DNA of 64,000 nucleotides from Patescibacteria group bacterium (GTDB lineage Bacteria; Patescibacteriota; Minisyncoccia; Phycocordibacterales; UBA9973): NCBI GenBank assembly GCA_040389365.1, contig JAZKAB010000009.1, positions 44,816 to 108,815 of the forward strand, read 5' to 3'. Shown piece by piece: positions 55,642 to 64,000 of this stretch (position 1 is its first letter; each line of letters starts with the position of its first letter). The notes under the pieces were generated by a model. It saw only the letters and a program-made list of their open reading frames with translations, ran no database searches and was not told where the DNA came from. The position numbers and the translations under genes were made by a program.

Positions 55642-55775
55642 GTATTTAGTTTTTTACCCATCCTACCCTATTTATTGACAAAGTCAATGAGTATGGTGAT
55701 GTAAAATATTTCTATTTCCCGAGCATCTCTTTCAGCACAGGATATATCTTGTCTGCAATTTTCTTGTACCCCGCG

Positions 55776-55985
55776 TCAATTAGGATGAATAGGATCAGGG
55801 GCTAATGCTTTGTTGCCGAATATTCCCTCCATGATATTGGGCACATAGCCATTATTGTATTTCTTTGCCAAGGCCTCAAAACTGCGCCTTGTACGGATCA
55901 TTGTATATGCTGCCCTATTGGCCTCTAGCTGCTCTATAATGGTGCTGAGGTTCTGGAATGTCTTGCTGTTTTGATGTTCAAGCAT
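55776..55985 (-). CDS. small hypothetical protein
   Basis: A 69-aa ORF. Confidence 0.25.
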   Translation of the reverse strand: MLEHQNSKTFQNLSTIIEQLEANRAAYTMIRTRRSFEALAKKYNNGYVPNIMEGIFGNKALAPDPIHPN

Positions 55986-56050
55986 ACTGTATACAATATT
56001 GACAAATTACCTAGAAATGGTATTTTAAGAAAAACAAAAACATAGACAAT

Positions 56051-56413
56051 ATGGAAAAATATTACGGCTTTAATTTTTGCGGAGAGAGTTTTGATTTTAG
56101 GGCCCTTGTACAAACGAGCCTTCCTGTTGGCCAGATAGGCCTTTCAGATATTCTGCCTGAAATCGCTGGCTCCGTACACGGCCTTGATTTCAAAGTACGA
56201 TTCGGCTTCATCAAAGAGCTTGGGGTGCATAACAGCAAGGTTATATCAAATGCTCCATCAAAAATGGATACCGATAGGCTGCAAGCCTTTGTACTTAAGA
56301 AGCCCGGCGAAAAGGTTGTGCTCGAAGGCACTCACTATTTTATCAATGGCAAGAAGATTCACTTCGGCGGATTTCATCACTACAATGTTACTATTATTGA
56401 AGTGCTTTCTTAA
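56051..56413 (+). CDS. hypothetical protein
   Basis: A 120-aa ORF that ends at a strong terminator. Confidence 0.35.
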   Translation: MEKYYGFNFCGESFDFRALVQTSLPVGQIGLSDILPEIAGSVHGLDFKVRFGFIKELGVHNSKVISNAPSKMDTDRLQAFVLKKPGEKVVLEGTHYFINGKKIHFGGFHHYNVTIIEVLS

Positions 56414-56418
56414 AATGC

Positions 56419-56452
56419 AAAGCCCCTTTCTTTTCAGAAAGGGGCTTTTTTA
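56419..56452. terminator. bidirectional terminator (aagcccctttc-ttttca-gaaaggggctt followed by T6)
   Basis: An 11-bp GC-rich stem lies between convergent genes. Confidence 0.65.
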
Positions 56453-56453
56453 C

Positions 56454-56651
56454 TTACGCAAAATCATCCTCCACAAACAGCTCGCTGAGCTCTGCTGGAG
56501 ACTTGTATACGCCGTCTTCTGGCAGCTTTTCAAGCTCTGCAATAATGTCTTCCTCTGCGCCATTATCCATGGCTTTTTCGATAAGATCCTGCTTTGTTGC
56601 CGGATACGCAACGTCTTTTACGAATGAGTGCACTTCTGATGGTGTTCGCAT
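56454..56651 (-). CDS. DUF2795-like small protein
   Basis: MRTPSEVHSFVKDVAYPATKQDLIEKAMDNGAEEDIIAELEKLPEDGVYKSPAELSELF. Confidence 0.4.
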   Translation of the reverse strand: MRTPSEVHSFVKDVAYPATKQDLIEKAMDNGAEEDIIAELEKLPEDGVYKSPAELSELFVEDDFA

Positions 56652-56743
56652 AATGATACCTCTTGAAATTATATTATTTTTAATCGCTCCTCTTATTATA
56701 ACGATCAAAACTGCTATTTTATTTCACCTGCTATACTGCATAT

Positions 56744-56986
56744 ATGATACCTCTCGAAAACAGGAACTATCTCATCAAGAAGCTCAAGGAAGGCATGGAT
56801 ATAAGAAATGCCTGCGATGCGGCAAAGATCTCGCGGCCTCAGCTGTATGCCTGCTACAAGGAACTGCCGGAGTTCAAGAGCAAGGTTGAGCTGACTATTA
56901 GAACTGCACAGCAGCGCAGCCAGACTGCATCGAAGATGGCAGCGCGGCATGCGCTTCGAAGGCAAAGAGAAGATATGAAGAAATAA
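56744..56986 (+). CDS. small helix-turn-helix protein
   Basis: An 80-aa product with HTH-like RNACDAAKISRPQLYACYKE. Confidence 0.35.
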   Translation: MIPLENRNYLIKKLKEGMDIRNACDAAKISRPQLYACYKELPEFKSKVELTIRTAQQRSQTASKMAARHALRRQREDMKK

Positions 56987-57014
56987 AAAACCCTCCGTTT
57001 GGAGGGGTTTTTAT
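56985..57014. terminator. bidirectional terminator (A-run, ccctcc-gttt-ggaggg, T-run)
   Basis: It lies between convergent genes. Confidence 0.65.
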
Positions 57015-57322
57015 TAGTACGTATGCGCTCGAGTGATATCAAGCTTCTTCTGGTCGTATTCGTCCTTGTTGATCTCCCCTTTCGCATATCGCTCGTTGAG
57101 GATTTCAAGCGGCGTCTTCGGCGCTGCTCCTGTCGTATGAATCGTTGCGACAGGCATAACGGGAGGCTGCGGTGCTGGAGGCGTTGCAGGCTGCTGCGGT
57201 CGCGGAGCGGGACCGATGATTGCGCGCACGATCTCAATGACGACGCCGATAATGATAATCCAGATAAGAATGAAGATAATCAATCCTAGTACGCCGTAGT
57301 TGTAAGTGAAAAATGTATACAT
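57014..57322 (-). CDS. SHOCT-domain membrane protein
   Basis: It has an N-terminal TM helix, a Pro-rich linker, and the SHOCT motif LEILNERYAKGEINKDEYDQKKLDI. Confidence 0.55.
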   Translation of the reverse strand: MYTFFTYNYGVLGLIIFILIWIIIIGVVIEIVRAIIGPAPRPQQPATPPAPQPPVMPVATIHTTGAAPKTPLEILNERYAKGEINKDEYDQKKLDITRAHTY

Positions 57323-57390
57323 GGAATAACTCTATAGTCTGTTAACGGTCCTGATAAGTACTTATGCAGTATAGCAGAATTCAAGGGATT

Positions 57391-57759
57391 TTATTGCGCC
57401 TCCCGCACTTGCCGCAGCCGAAATGCAACCATCTTCTTTATAAGAGTAAGCGGCAATGGGATATCGAATGGAAATTTCACCGTGCCTTTCGATGTCTCAT
57501 ATTTTGCCAATTCCTTCTCAAAGGCCTTGATCGCATCAGGCATGGCATAGAAGCCAATGTGCTTTGCGTGCGCGGCATAGTACACCAAATATTTCTTATT
57601 GAGCTTTATCACCGGCATGTTGTAGCTAATTGACTCAACTGTTCCCGGCGCAGCATCTGCAACCGCCTTCCTCATCGTTGCCAGCAGTTGCTGCACGGGC
57701 TTTGGGTATGCCTTGATGTATTCGTCCACTGTCTTGAACCGCCGTGTTGCCGTTGCCAT
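57391..57759 (-). CDS. DUF1801 (YdhG-like) domain protein
   Basis: FKTVDEYIKAYPKPVQQLLATMRKAV...HIGFYAM. Confidence 0.5.
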   Translation of the reverse strand: MATATRRFKTVDEYIKAYPKPVQQLLATMRKAVADAAPGTVESISYNMPVIKLNKKYLVYYAAHAKHIGFYAMPDAIKAFEKELAKYETSKGTVKFPFDIPLPLTLIKKMVAFRLRQVREAQ

Positions 57760-57781
57760 ATGCAAAAGTATATATGCAAAA

Positions 57782-57803
57782 AGCACCCCAGAGAAGGGGT
57801 GCT
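57782..57803 (-). terminator. terminator (agcacccc-agagaa-ggggtgct followed by a T-run on the - strand)
   Basis: It follows the - strand gene 57815..58309. Confidence 0.6.
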
Positions 57804-57814
57804 TTTCAACAGAG

Positions 57815-58309
57815 TTAGATATTGTCTCCTTTCGCTGTTGGCGTTGCGCGGAATGTAAGACGGTAGTCAGCGAAGGTAATCTTTGCCTTGCTGGTTGGTA
57901 CTGGAGTTACCTTTACAAGCTCAAGGTCATAGCCCTGGAACTTGAATGGCCCTGTATTGCTGATGAACTGGTGCTCGGTAACGACTTTGCCTAGGCTCAC
58001 AGTCGTAAGCACTCCAACTGATCCTGCCTGGATGCACTGCACGTCGCTTGGACAGCGGCTGTCTTGCGCCAATCCGTTAACGCGAATAGTGATGCCTGCA
58101 ATGATGCCGGCCTGGCCCATGGCGATAGTCTTTTCTTCTGGTCCCTTTACGCGTGATCCTGCAGTTGCGGTACCAGTAGCATCGGTTGACTGGTCAGCAG
58201 TCTGTTCTGTTGCGGGCGCTTCAACTGTTGCCTCTTTCTTGCGGACGATAAGCAGAACGCCAAGCACGATAATGAGTACGATAAGAATAATAACAAGGGG
58301 TTTTTTCAT
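57815..58309 (-). CDS. secreted/membrane-anchored hypothetical protein
   Basis: It has an N-terminal TM anchor and a Thr/Ala-rich linker. Confidence 0.4.
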   Translation of the reverse strand: MKKPLVIILIVLIIVLGVLLIVRKKEATVEAPATEQTADQSTDATGTATAGSRVKGPEEKTIAMGQAGIIAGITIRVNGLAQDSRCPSDVQCIQAGSVGVLTTVSLGKVVTEHQFISNTGPFKFQGYDLELVKVTPVPTSKAKITFADYRLTFRATPTAKGDNI

Positions 58310-58386
58310 AAATATAAATATTATCTGGTACTTCTATAGTGTAGCACTCTTTGACATATGCAATATTTAGTTGTCCACATAAAAAA

Positions 58387-58409
58387 TACCATGAGCAGTG
58401 CTCATGGTA
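58387..58409 (-). terminator. terminator (taccatgagc-agt-gctcatggta plus T6 on the - strand)
   Basis: It follows the gene 58421..58888. Confidence 0.6.
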
Positions 58410-58420
58410 TTGGGAATCAG

Positions 58421-58888
58421 CTAGTACACCAATTCCCTAGCGTACTTTTTTGGCAGATTCATCTTGATGATGAATAACGCTTCGGTGTACTTGTCTATGC
58501 ATTCCATGCTTGCGTTGCCGTGGATAACAGGATCTTTCGTTTTTAAGATGTCTCTGCAAACAAGGTAGCAGATAGTAATAAGGTCATCTGTTTCAAATGG
58601 AACAAACTTTCCTCTCACGATCTTTCCTCCATGGATTGTTGCCCGGGTATGCATCGAGGTAACGGCAACTGCGTCAGCGTCTCCAGCTTTTCTCCGCGCT
58701 TCTGCAATCGCTTCTTTTTCAATCGGCTCAGAAACAGTTGCGGTCTTGAAAACAAATTCTTCAACAGGGTTGCTCGACATGACATGCATGGCAAGCACTG
58801 CTTCATGATACAGGCACCCAACGCTAATAAGGGCTGTAATGAACTGGGAGAACTGCGTTCTTTTCTGGCTTCGTAAGGTATTTTCCAT
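58421..58888 (-). CDS. hypothetical protein
   Basis: A 155-aa ORF with no recognised motif. Confidence 0.35.
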   Translation of the reverse strand: MENTLRSQKRTQFSQFITALISVGCLYHEAVLAMHVMSSNPVEEFVFKTATVSEPIEKEAIAEARRKAGDADAVAVTSMHTRATIHGGKIVRGKFVPFETDDLITICYLVCRDILKTKDPVIHGNASMECIDKYTEALFIIKMNLPKKYARELVY

Positions 58889-58915
58889 TTTCTCTATAAT
58901 TTGCCATACTGTACC

Positions 58916-59425
58916 CTATTTTTCTATGAAGTCAATGTTTCGGTGTTGAGTTTTAATAAGCGGCAGGAATACAATTGCTGCTAACAGCGCGCCAATAGTA
59001 TTGCTGATCAGGTCATACCAGGTATCGGTGACGCTTGTAGCTGATGCTAGCGTGCCGTATTGTTGCAAGACGCACTCTGCTATTTCGTTGGCAACGCCCA
59101 TTGCTGTCACCAGCAGGAAGGCAAAGATAAAGAAGCGTACCCGATCAATCTTGAGCTTGCTGTCGCTAACAGCCAGGAAGCAGACCAGAAATGCCAGGAA
59201 GCCGCCGCCGAAGCCGTGCATGACGCGGTTGCCAACCTCTATGTCCTTAATTTGAAACGATATTGCGTAGCCGATGAGGCTGAGGAAGAAGATGACTGGC
59301 AATGACACAATGGCTCGCTCGGGAATCCTGGCAAATTTGCCATCAAAGAAATAGCTAAAGAGCCATATGAAGAGTATGTAGGCCACGCAGAGCAGGCATG
59401 AGAGCGCGATAAGGTAATTCATATT
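58916..59425 (-). CDS. VanZ-like membrane protein
   Basis: It has four TM helices and a VanZ-like GVANEIAECVLQQYG...DLISNTIGALLAAIV region. Confidence 0.45.
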   Translation of the reverse strand, partial: NMNYLIALSCLLCVAYILFIWLFSYFFDGKFARIPERAIVSLPVIFFLSLIGYAISFQIKDIEVGNRVMHGFGGGFLAFLVCFLAVSDSKLKIDRVRFFIFAFLLVTAMGVANEIAECVLQQYGTLASATSVTDTWYDLISNTIGALLAAIVFLPLIKTQHRNIDFIEK

Positions 59426-62000
59426 ATGACTTTCTAAAGAAATACTTCGCTCCCTCGACAAGGGCAACGTTGAGCGCCAGCCATGCGCCAATCAGCCATA
59501 GCCATACAAGCGGCAGCGGAGCAATGTCAAACAGGTTTCTGATAAACGGAATAGTCATGGTGGCAATAAGAAACAGCGTCGCCAGCATGATGCTCTGGTT
59601 GAGCTTCTTGTTTGAGAATACGGGGTATGAGAAGAGCGGCTTGTGCAGGCTGCGGAATGAGAATGCGATAACCAGAATATACGAGGCAAAGCAGACAAAG
59701 AATATAGACCGGGCAAGCGGCAGCTCTATGCCATACAGGATAAGGCCATAATACAGGAAGAAAAGCAGCAGTGAGCTGGCAATGCCAAGGCCGAATGTTA
59801 GTACGTTAACCTCTTTCGTAAATATAGACTTCAGCGTGTGGCGCTTTGCTCGCTCGTGGTCAAAGTCTTCGTCATAGGCAAATGCCAATGCAGGCAGGCT
59901 GCCAGTGAAGAGGTTAACCCAGATGATCTGGAGCGCAGTGAGCGGCAAGGCGATGCCGACAATCAGGCTGCCCCCGATAACGAACACTTCATCGAGCGAG
60001 TTCGACATCAAGTATACGAATGCCTTCTGGATGTTTGCCAAGATTCTTCTGCCCTCCTGAATAGCATGGCTAATCGTCTGAAAGTTATCATCGAGCAATA
60101 CCAGGTCGGCTGCGCTTTTTGCCACGTCGCTTCCCGACCCTAGGGCTACGCCGATATCCATAGCCTTCAGTGACGGCGCGTCATTGACGCCGTCTCCGGT
60201 CATGGCAACGATTTCGCCGAGCTGCTTATACAGCAGGCCTATGCGCAGCTTGTCTTCGGGCGTTACGCGCGCAAATATCCTTATGCCGGGAATGACAGCA
60301 AGCAATGCCTCGTCACTCATGCCCTGTATGTCATGCCCGGTCAGCACCTGATTGTCTGCAACGCTCCAGCCGATCTCTTTTGCAACAGCAATCGCTGTGC
60401 CTTTTAGATCGCCTGTTATCATAACCAGCCGCGTATCCAGCGACTCAATTTTCCGTATTGCCTCAGGCACTTCCTCTCGTACTGGGTCATGAAAGGCCAG
60501 AATGCCCTTGAAGGCAATATGCTGCACCTGGTCAACGGATGACACTGCATGCTGCATGCTTCCAAGCGCAATGAGGCGCATGCCTTCAGTGCTGGCCTGC
60601 ATAATCCAGGCTTCAATTTTTGCGCGTGCAGCATCGTCAACGCCTGAACGGCCCAGAAGTATGTCAGGCGCCCCCATGACAATATTGCCGTCTGCTGGAG
60701 AAGAAACAGAAAACTTGTGCGTTGAGTTGAACGGCAGCGCGATCGAAGAAGCATTTCTTTCCTTGAGATATGCAATGTCGATGCCATGGTCTCGGGCAGT
60801 TTTTGCAATATTGATTTCAAACGGCTTGCCCTTGAAGGTCCATTCCGCAACCGCCTCATCCGGATTTTCAATCAATACGGAAATGTTGGTGAGGGCCATG
60901 CGTATAAGCGCTTCGTCAGACGCGTCGTATTCTTTTGCACTAGTATCGCCTGCTGCAAGCTCGCTCGTGTCATAGATGCCGACCAGTCTCATGTTTGCCT
61001 CTGTCAGCGTGCCAGTCTTGTCGGTCATAATAAGGGTGGTTGAGCCAAGCGTCTCGACGGCAATAAGCGTGCGGGCAATGCCGCGGCTTTTGGCAATGCG
61101 CTCCGCGCCAATTGCCAAAATAACCGTCAACACGATAGGCAGTGATTCAGGCACTGCGCCAACCGCAACGGCAACAGACAGGATGAGCATTTCAAAGAGC
61201 GATTCGCCCCGCGAGATGCCGAGCAGGAAAATGCCAATGACGATAACGATAACGACGGCAAAGATAATCCAGGCCAATCGCGACAGCCCTTTCTGAATCG
61301 GCGTTGCGGCGCGCTGCGTCCCAGACACTAGTCCTGCAATCTTCCCTATTTCTGTCTTGTCGCCTGTCGCGACAATGACGGCAGTCGCAAAGCCGTCAAC
61401 GACTAGGGTGCCGGCATGCGCCATGCAGGTGCGCTCTGCCACCGTTGCGGCAACTGATACCGGCTCAGTGTCTTTCTGTACCGGCACTGACTCGCCTGTC
61501 AGGATAGACTCGTCAATGCGTATGGTGTTGGCGCTGATAATGCGGGCATCTGCGGGCACCCGGCTGCCGTATGACAGCTTGATAACATCGCCGGGTACCA
61601 GAAGCTCTGAGTCAACCTCCTGCTCATAATTGTCTCGAATGACGCGAGAGCGGTCTTTGATGAAGGTGCGAAGCTTCTCAAGCGTATTTTCGGCGTGGTA
61701 TTCCTGATAGAAGCCAAGGCCCGTATTAACCAATACGGCCAATGCAATGACAATAACCTCAAACCATTCCTGCAGGATGCCGGTGATGACTGCCGCGCCA
61801 ATAAGAATAAAGATAAGCGGGCTTGCCAGCTGCTTAAGGAAAATACTGACTGCAGTCTTCTTTTCCTGCGAGTGAAAGGCATTCTTGCCATAGGTGTTGA
61901 GGCGCGCTGCGCTTTCTTTTTCTGAGAGGCCGGCATGAGCAGTATTGAACTGCTCAATAACATCAGGAGCGGGCGTTGCCCATGGCGTCGAGTGTTCCAT
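59424..62000 (-). CDS. P-type cation-transporting ATPase (type IIA Ca2+/Mg2+-like)
   Basis: It has the DKTGTLT phosphorylation motif, the MTGDGVNDAPSLK hinge and a TGES actuator motif. The 858-aa product has 10 TM helices. Confidence 0.85.
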   Translation of the reverse strand: MEHSTPWATPAPDVIEQFNTAHAGLSEKESAARLNTYGKNAFHSQEKKTAVSIFLKQLASPLIFILIGAAVITGILQEWFEVIVIALAVLVNTGLGFYQEYHAENTLEKLRTFIKDRSRVIRDNYEQEVDSELLVPGDVIKLSYGSRVPADARIISANTIRIDESILTGESVPVQKDTEPVSVAATVAERTCMAHAGTLVVDGFATAVIVATGDKTEIGKIAGLVSGTQRAATPIQKGLSRLAWIIFAVVIVIVIGIFLLGISRGESLFEMLILSVAVAVGAVPESLPIVLTVILAIGAERIAKSRGIARTLIAVETLGSTTLIMTDKTGTLTEANMRLVGIYDTSELAAGDTSAKEYDASDEALIRMALTNISVLIENPDEAVAEWTFKGKPFEINIAKTARDHGIDIAYLKERNASSIALPFNSTHKFSVSSPADGNIVMGAPDILLGRSGVDDAARAKIEAWIMQASTEGMRLIALGSMQHAVSSVDQVQHIAFKGILAFHDPVREEVPEAIRKIESLDTRLVMITGDLKGTAIAVAKEIGWSVADNQVLTGHDIQGMSDEALLAVIPGIRIFARVTPEDKLRIGLLYKQLGEIVAMTGDGVNDAPSLKAMDIGVALGSGSDVAKSAADLVLLDDNFQTISHAIQEGRRILANIQKAFVYLMSNSLDEVFVIGGSLIVGIALPLTALQIIWVNLFTGSLPALAFAYDEDFDHERAKRHTLKSIFTKEVNVLTFGLGIASSLLLFFLYYGLILYGIELPLARSIFFVCFASYILVIAFSFRSLHKPLFSYPVFSNKKLNQSIMLATLFLIATMTIPFIRNLFDIAPLPLVWLWLIGAWLALNVALVEGAKYFFRKS

Positions 62001-62746
62001 TAGGGCAACTGCAGATAGCTAGAAATGGCACTTGAAGGCAATGGCAATGCTACGGCGCCCAAGGCTCCCGCGCCAACCTCGTACTTGTCGAAATAGATGG
62101 TGAGGGTGCCGTTCTGATCAATTGACCAGTCATCAAGCGAAGCAAGGGTAAGCTTGTTCACGTCATCTGCAAATGTGCCGCCAGAAGGCATATTCATAAG
62201 AGATTTCTTTACCAATGCTACAAAGGCATTTTGAGACTCTTTCTTAACAACAGCGCTCAAAGAAAGCAGCTCCCCTGTCTTCTTGGATGCGGTAAATACT
62301 TTGTATGCGCTGCTGCCGTTTGCTCCGCCCATATATATGTAGCTATCGATAACGATAGAATCAGTTGAAGGGCCGGATACCTGCTTTGCATGCAGTTCAA
62401 TCGTATAGCTGCCAGCAGAATTGTCGTTGCCGTATTCTTTTTTTCGATCAGGCACTTCAGCTGCAGCATTGGCAGCAAATTCAGCGACTGTCGTGTCTAC
62501 GTAATTTCGGGCAGCAACTGCAATGGCGCTTGAGCCTGCGATAACTGGCTTTGTGCCTGAATAGTATCGTTCTTTAATCTGAGTGTCTGTAATGGTAACG
62601 GGAGTTTGTACCGGTGTCTGGGGCACGGGCGTTTGCTGTACGGGAACAACAACGTCAGGAGCTGCGCTACGCTGTAGCGCGAGAATGCCAATAAGAATAA
62701 CAAGTAATATAGAAGCGATAATGAGCAGAATGGTTTTTCTTTGCAT
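62000..62746 (-). CDS. membrane-anchored secreted protein, DUF3298/DUF4163 (RsiV-like) fold candidate
   Basis: It has an N-terminal TM anchor and a Pro/Thr/Gln linker. The C-terminal domain resembles the RsiV extracellular region in layout. Confidence 0.35.
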   Translation of the reverse strand: MQRKTILLIIASILLVILIGILALQRSAAPDVVVPVQQTPVPQTPVQTPVTITDTQIKERYYSGTKPVIAGSSAIAVAARNYVDTTVAEFAANAAAEVPDRKKEYGNDNSAGSYTIELHAKQVSGPSTDSIVIDSYIYMGGANGSSAYKVFTASKKTGELLSLSAVVKKESQNAFVALVKKSLMNMPSGGTFADDVNKLTLASLDDWSIDQNGTLTIYFDKYEVGAGALGAVALPLPSSAISSYLQLP

Positions 62747-62932
62747 GGAATTATTTTACCATACAACGAACGCTTGCATTATTGGGCAGGAAGTATATAA
62801 CACTATTTGAATGATTTAATTGTTTGTATAGGCCGGGGACATTGTAAGATTGTGTCCCTGGTTTTTTTATTCCTCTCTCTAAAATAATAAAATACATTTT
62901 GAAAAAGTCCATAGCCATGTTATACTTTCGCC

Positions 62933-64000
62933 ATGAAAAGTATTAAAGAATGGTGGCTTGCTTCAAGCCTAAAAAAGAAGATTTTTATTGGAATTATTGC
63001 TGTGCTTGCTATCGCTCTCCTTGTATACGCCTTCAGCGGCGGAGACGATGCTAATTCCCTTTCGGCAACGGTACAGGCCGGCGACGTAACGAGCGCAGTA
63101 GTGCTCTCAGGTACGACTCAGTCTTCAAGCGCAGTCAGTCTTGGCTTTGCAGACCAGGGCCGCATTGCTGCAGTTCGAGTAAAGGAAGGCCAGAAAGTAT
63201 CAGCCGGACAGGTATTGGCAACGCTTGATGCCGCAGATCTGTATGCTTCACTGAAGAATGCGCAGGCTTCCCTTGTCATTGCCAAGGCAACGGCAACAAA
63301 TACGACGACTAACGTTGCAACAGTAACTGCGCAGCAGGATACGCTTGTTGATAATGCGTACAATGCACTGCTCTCAAGCGACTTGCAGGCAACGCCAAAA
63401 GTGCTGAGCACCAGCGCAATTGCTCCTACCATTTCAGGCCGCTATGGCGGTCCCGAAGGACAGTATGTCGTGCATGCCTATGCTTCTGGAACCAACAGCG
63501 GCGCGTCATTCAGCATTTCAGGCCTTGAAAATGGCTATATCAATGAGGTATCGACCAATACGCCTGTGCCGCTTGGCTCAAAGGGCTTGTACATTCAGTT
63601 TTCTGCCGGTTCTTCATATGCCGGGTCTGACTGGATCGTTTCAATTCCAAACAAGCAGTCTTCTTCATACGCAGCTAATCTTAACGCATACAATGCTGCG
63701 CTTGCAGCTCGCACGCAAGCCATTGCGACAGCGCAGGCATCATTGAATGCCAATGCTGCAAACCAGTCTGTTGCGAGCGCGCAGATCGCGCAGGCGCAGG
63801 CAAGCGTAGACGGTATCATTGCGCAGATTCAGAAGCGCCAGATCGTTGCGCCGTTTGACGGCGTAGTGGCGGCGGTTTCGATGAAGCCAGGCCAAACAAC
63901 CAGCTCATTTAATCCAAGCAGCGCAGCTGCCGAAAGCGGCAATGCAAGCATTTCCCTTATTTCTGAAAACGACTACGAGGTTGTACTGAAGACGCCTGAA
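62933..64000 (+). CDS. HlyD-family efflux transporter periplasmic adaptor subunit (3' end beyond the window)
   Basis: It has an N-terminal TM anchor, a biotinyl/lipoyl-like hairpin (VKEGQKVSAGQVLATLD), and a long Ala/Gln coiled coil. The frame stays open to nt 64000, and the ORF track lists no ORF here because no stop is reached. Confidence 0.6.
   Translation, partial: MKSIKEWWLASSLKKKIFIGIIAVLAIALLVYAFSGGDDANSLSATVQAGDVTSAVVLSGTTQSSSAVSLGFADQGRIAAVRVKEGQKVSAGQVLATLDAADLYASLKNAQASLVIAKATATNTTTNVATVTAQQDTLVDNAYNALLSSDLQATPKVLSTSAIAPTISGRYGGPEGQYVVHAYASGTNSGASFSISGLENGYINEVSTNTPVPLGSKGLYIQFSAGSSYAGSDWIVSIPNKQSSSYAANLNAYNAALAARTQAIATAQASLNANAANQSVASAQIAQAQASVDGIIAQIQKRQIVAPFDGVVAAVSMKPGQTTSSFNPSSAAAESGNASISLISENDYEVVLKTPE

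Noticed and set aside
1-64000. CRISPR arrays, rRNA genes, transposases/IS elements
   Set aside because: No regularly spaced direct repeats were found. No rRNA-like sequence was found. No DDE or serine transposase ORFs were seen, and the only recombinase is the tyrosine integrase.

Overview
This 64-kb window (roughly 48-50% GC by eye) comes from a compact bacterial chromosome. The gene content includes a split transketolase, many small secreted and membrane proteins, and numerous hairpin terminators. That is compatible with a Patescibacteria/CPR-like or Firmicutes-like host, but the lineage cannot be fixed from sequence alone.

The window has four parts:
- Left flank, 1-15.3 kb: housekeeping genes. 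These are the partial rpe gene, the two transketolase subunits, a PfkB-family sugar kinase, the class II aldolase gene fba, an FAD-linked oxidoreductase, ribosomal protein genes for L25, L31, L9 and L27, the RF1 gene prfA, tRNA-Ile(GAU), rsmI, an S41 C-terminal processing peptidase gene and a CAP-domain protein gene.
- Phage-like insertion, about 15.3-51.7 kb: a roughly 36-kb integrated element read almost entirely on the + strand. In order it carries an HNH nuclease, an early block of about 15 small zinc-ribbon and HTH proteins, a small terminase subunit, a large terminase subunit, a putative portal, an acidic scaffold-like protein, a putative major capsid protein, a beta-helix tailspike, two repetitive fibre proteins, and two papain-like peptidases, one of which carries a peptidoglycan-binding domain and is the likely endolysin. 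It also encodes a 1722-aa giant polyvalent virion protein with a PARP-like ADP-ribosyltransferase domain, three tandem peptide repeats and a degenerate HNH tail. The element ends with a Cro-like HTH protein, a tyrosine integrase and a tRNA-Met(CAU)-like gene, and it contains several large palindromic non-coding elements. No replication genes and no CI-type repressor are recognisable.
- AT-rich islet, 51.9-54.8 kb: a type II restriction-modification system made of a restriction endonuclease gene, an HTH-fused C5 cytosine methyltransferase gene and a divergent vsr gene.
- Right flank, 54.9-64.0 kb: a SAM-dependent methyltransferase, small SHOCT, DUF1801, DUF2795 and VanZ-like proteins, a P-type Ca2+/cation ATPase, a DUF3298/DUF4163-like secreted protein, and the 5' part of an HlyD-family efflux adaptor gene that runs off the window end.

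No CRISPR arrays or rRNA genes were seen.
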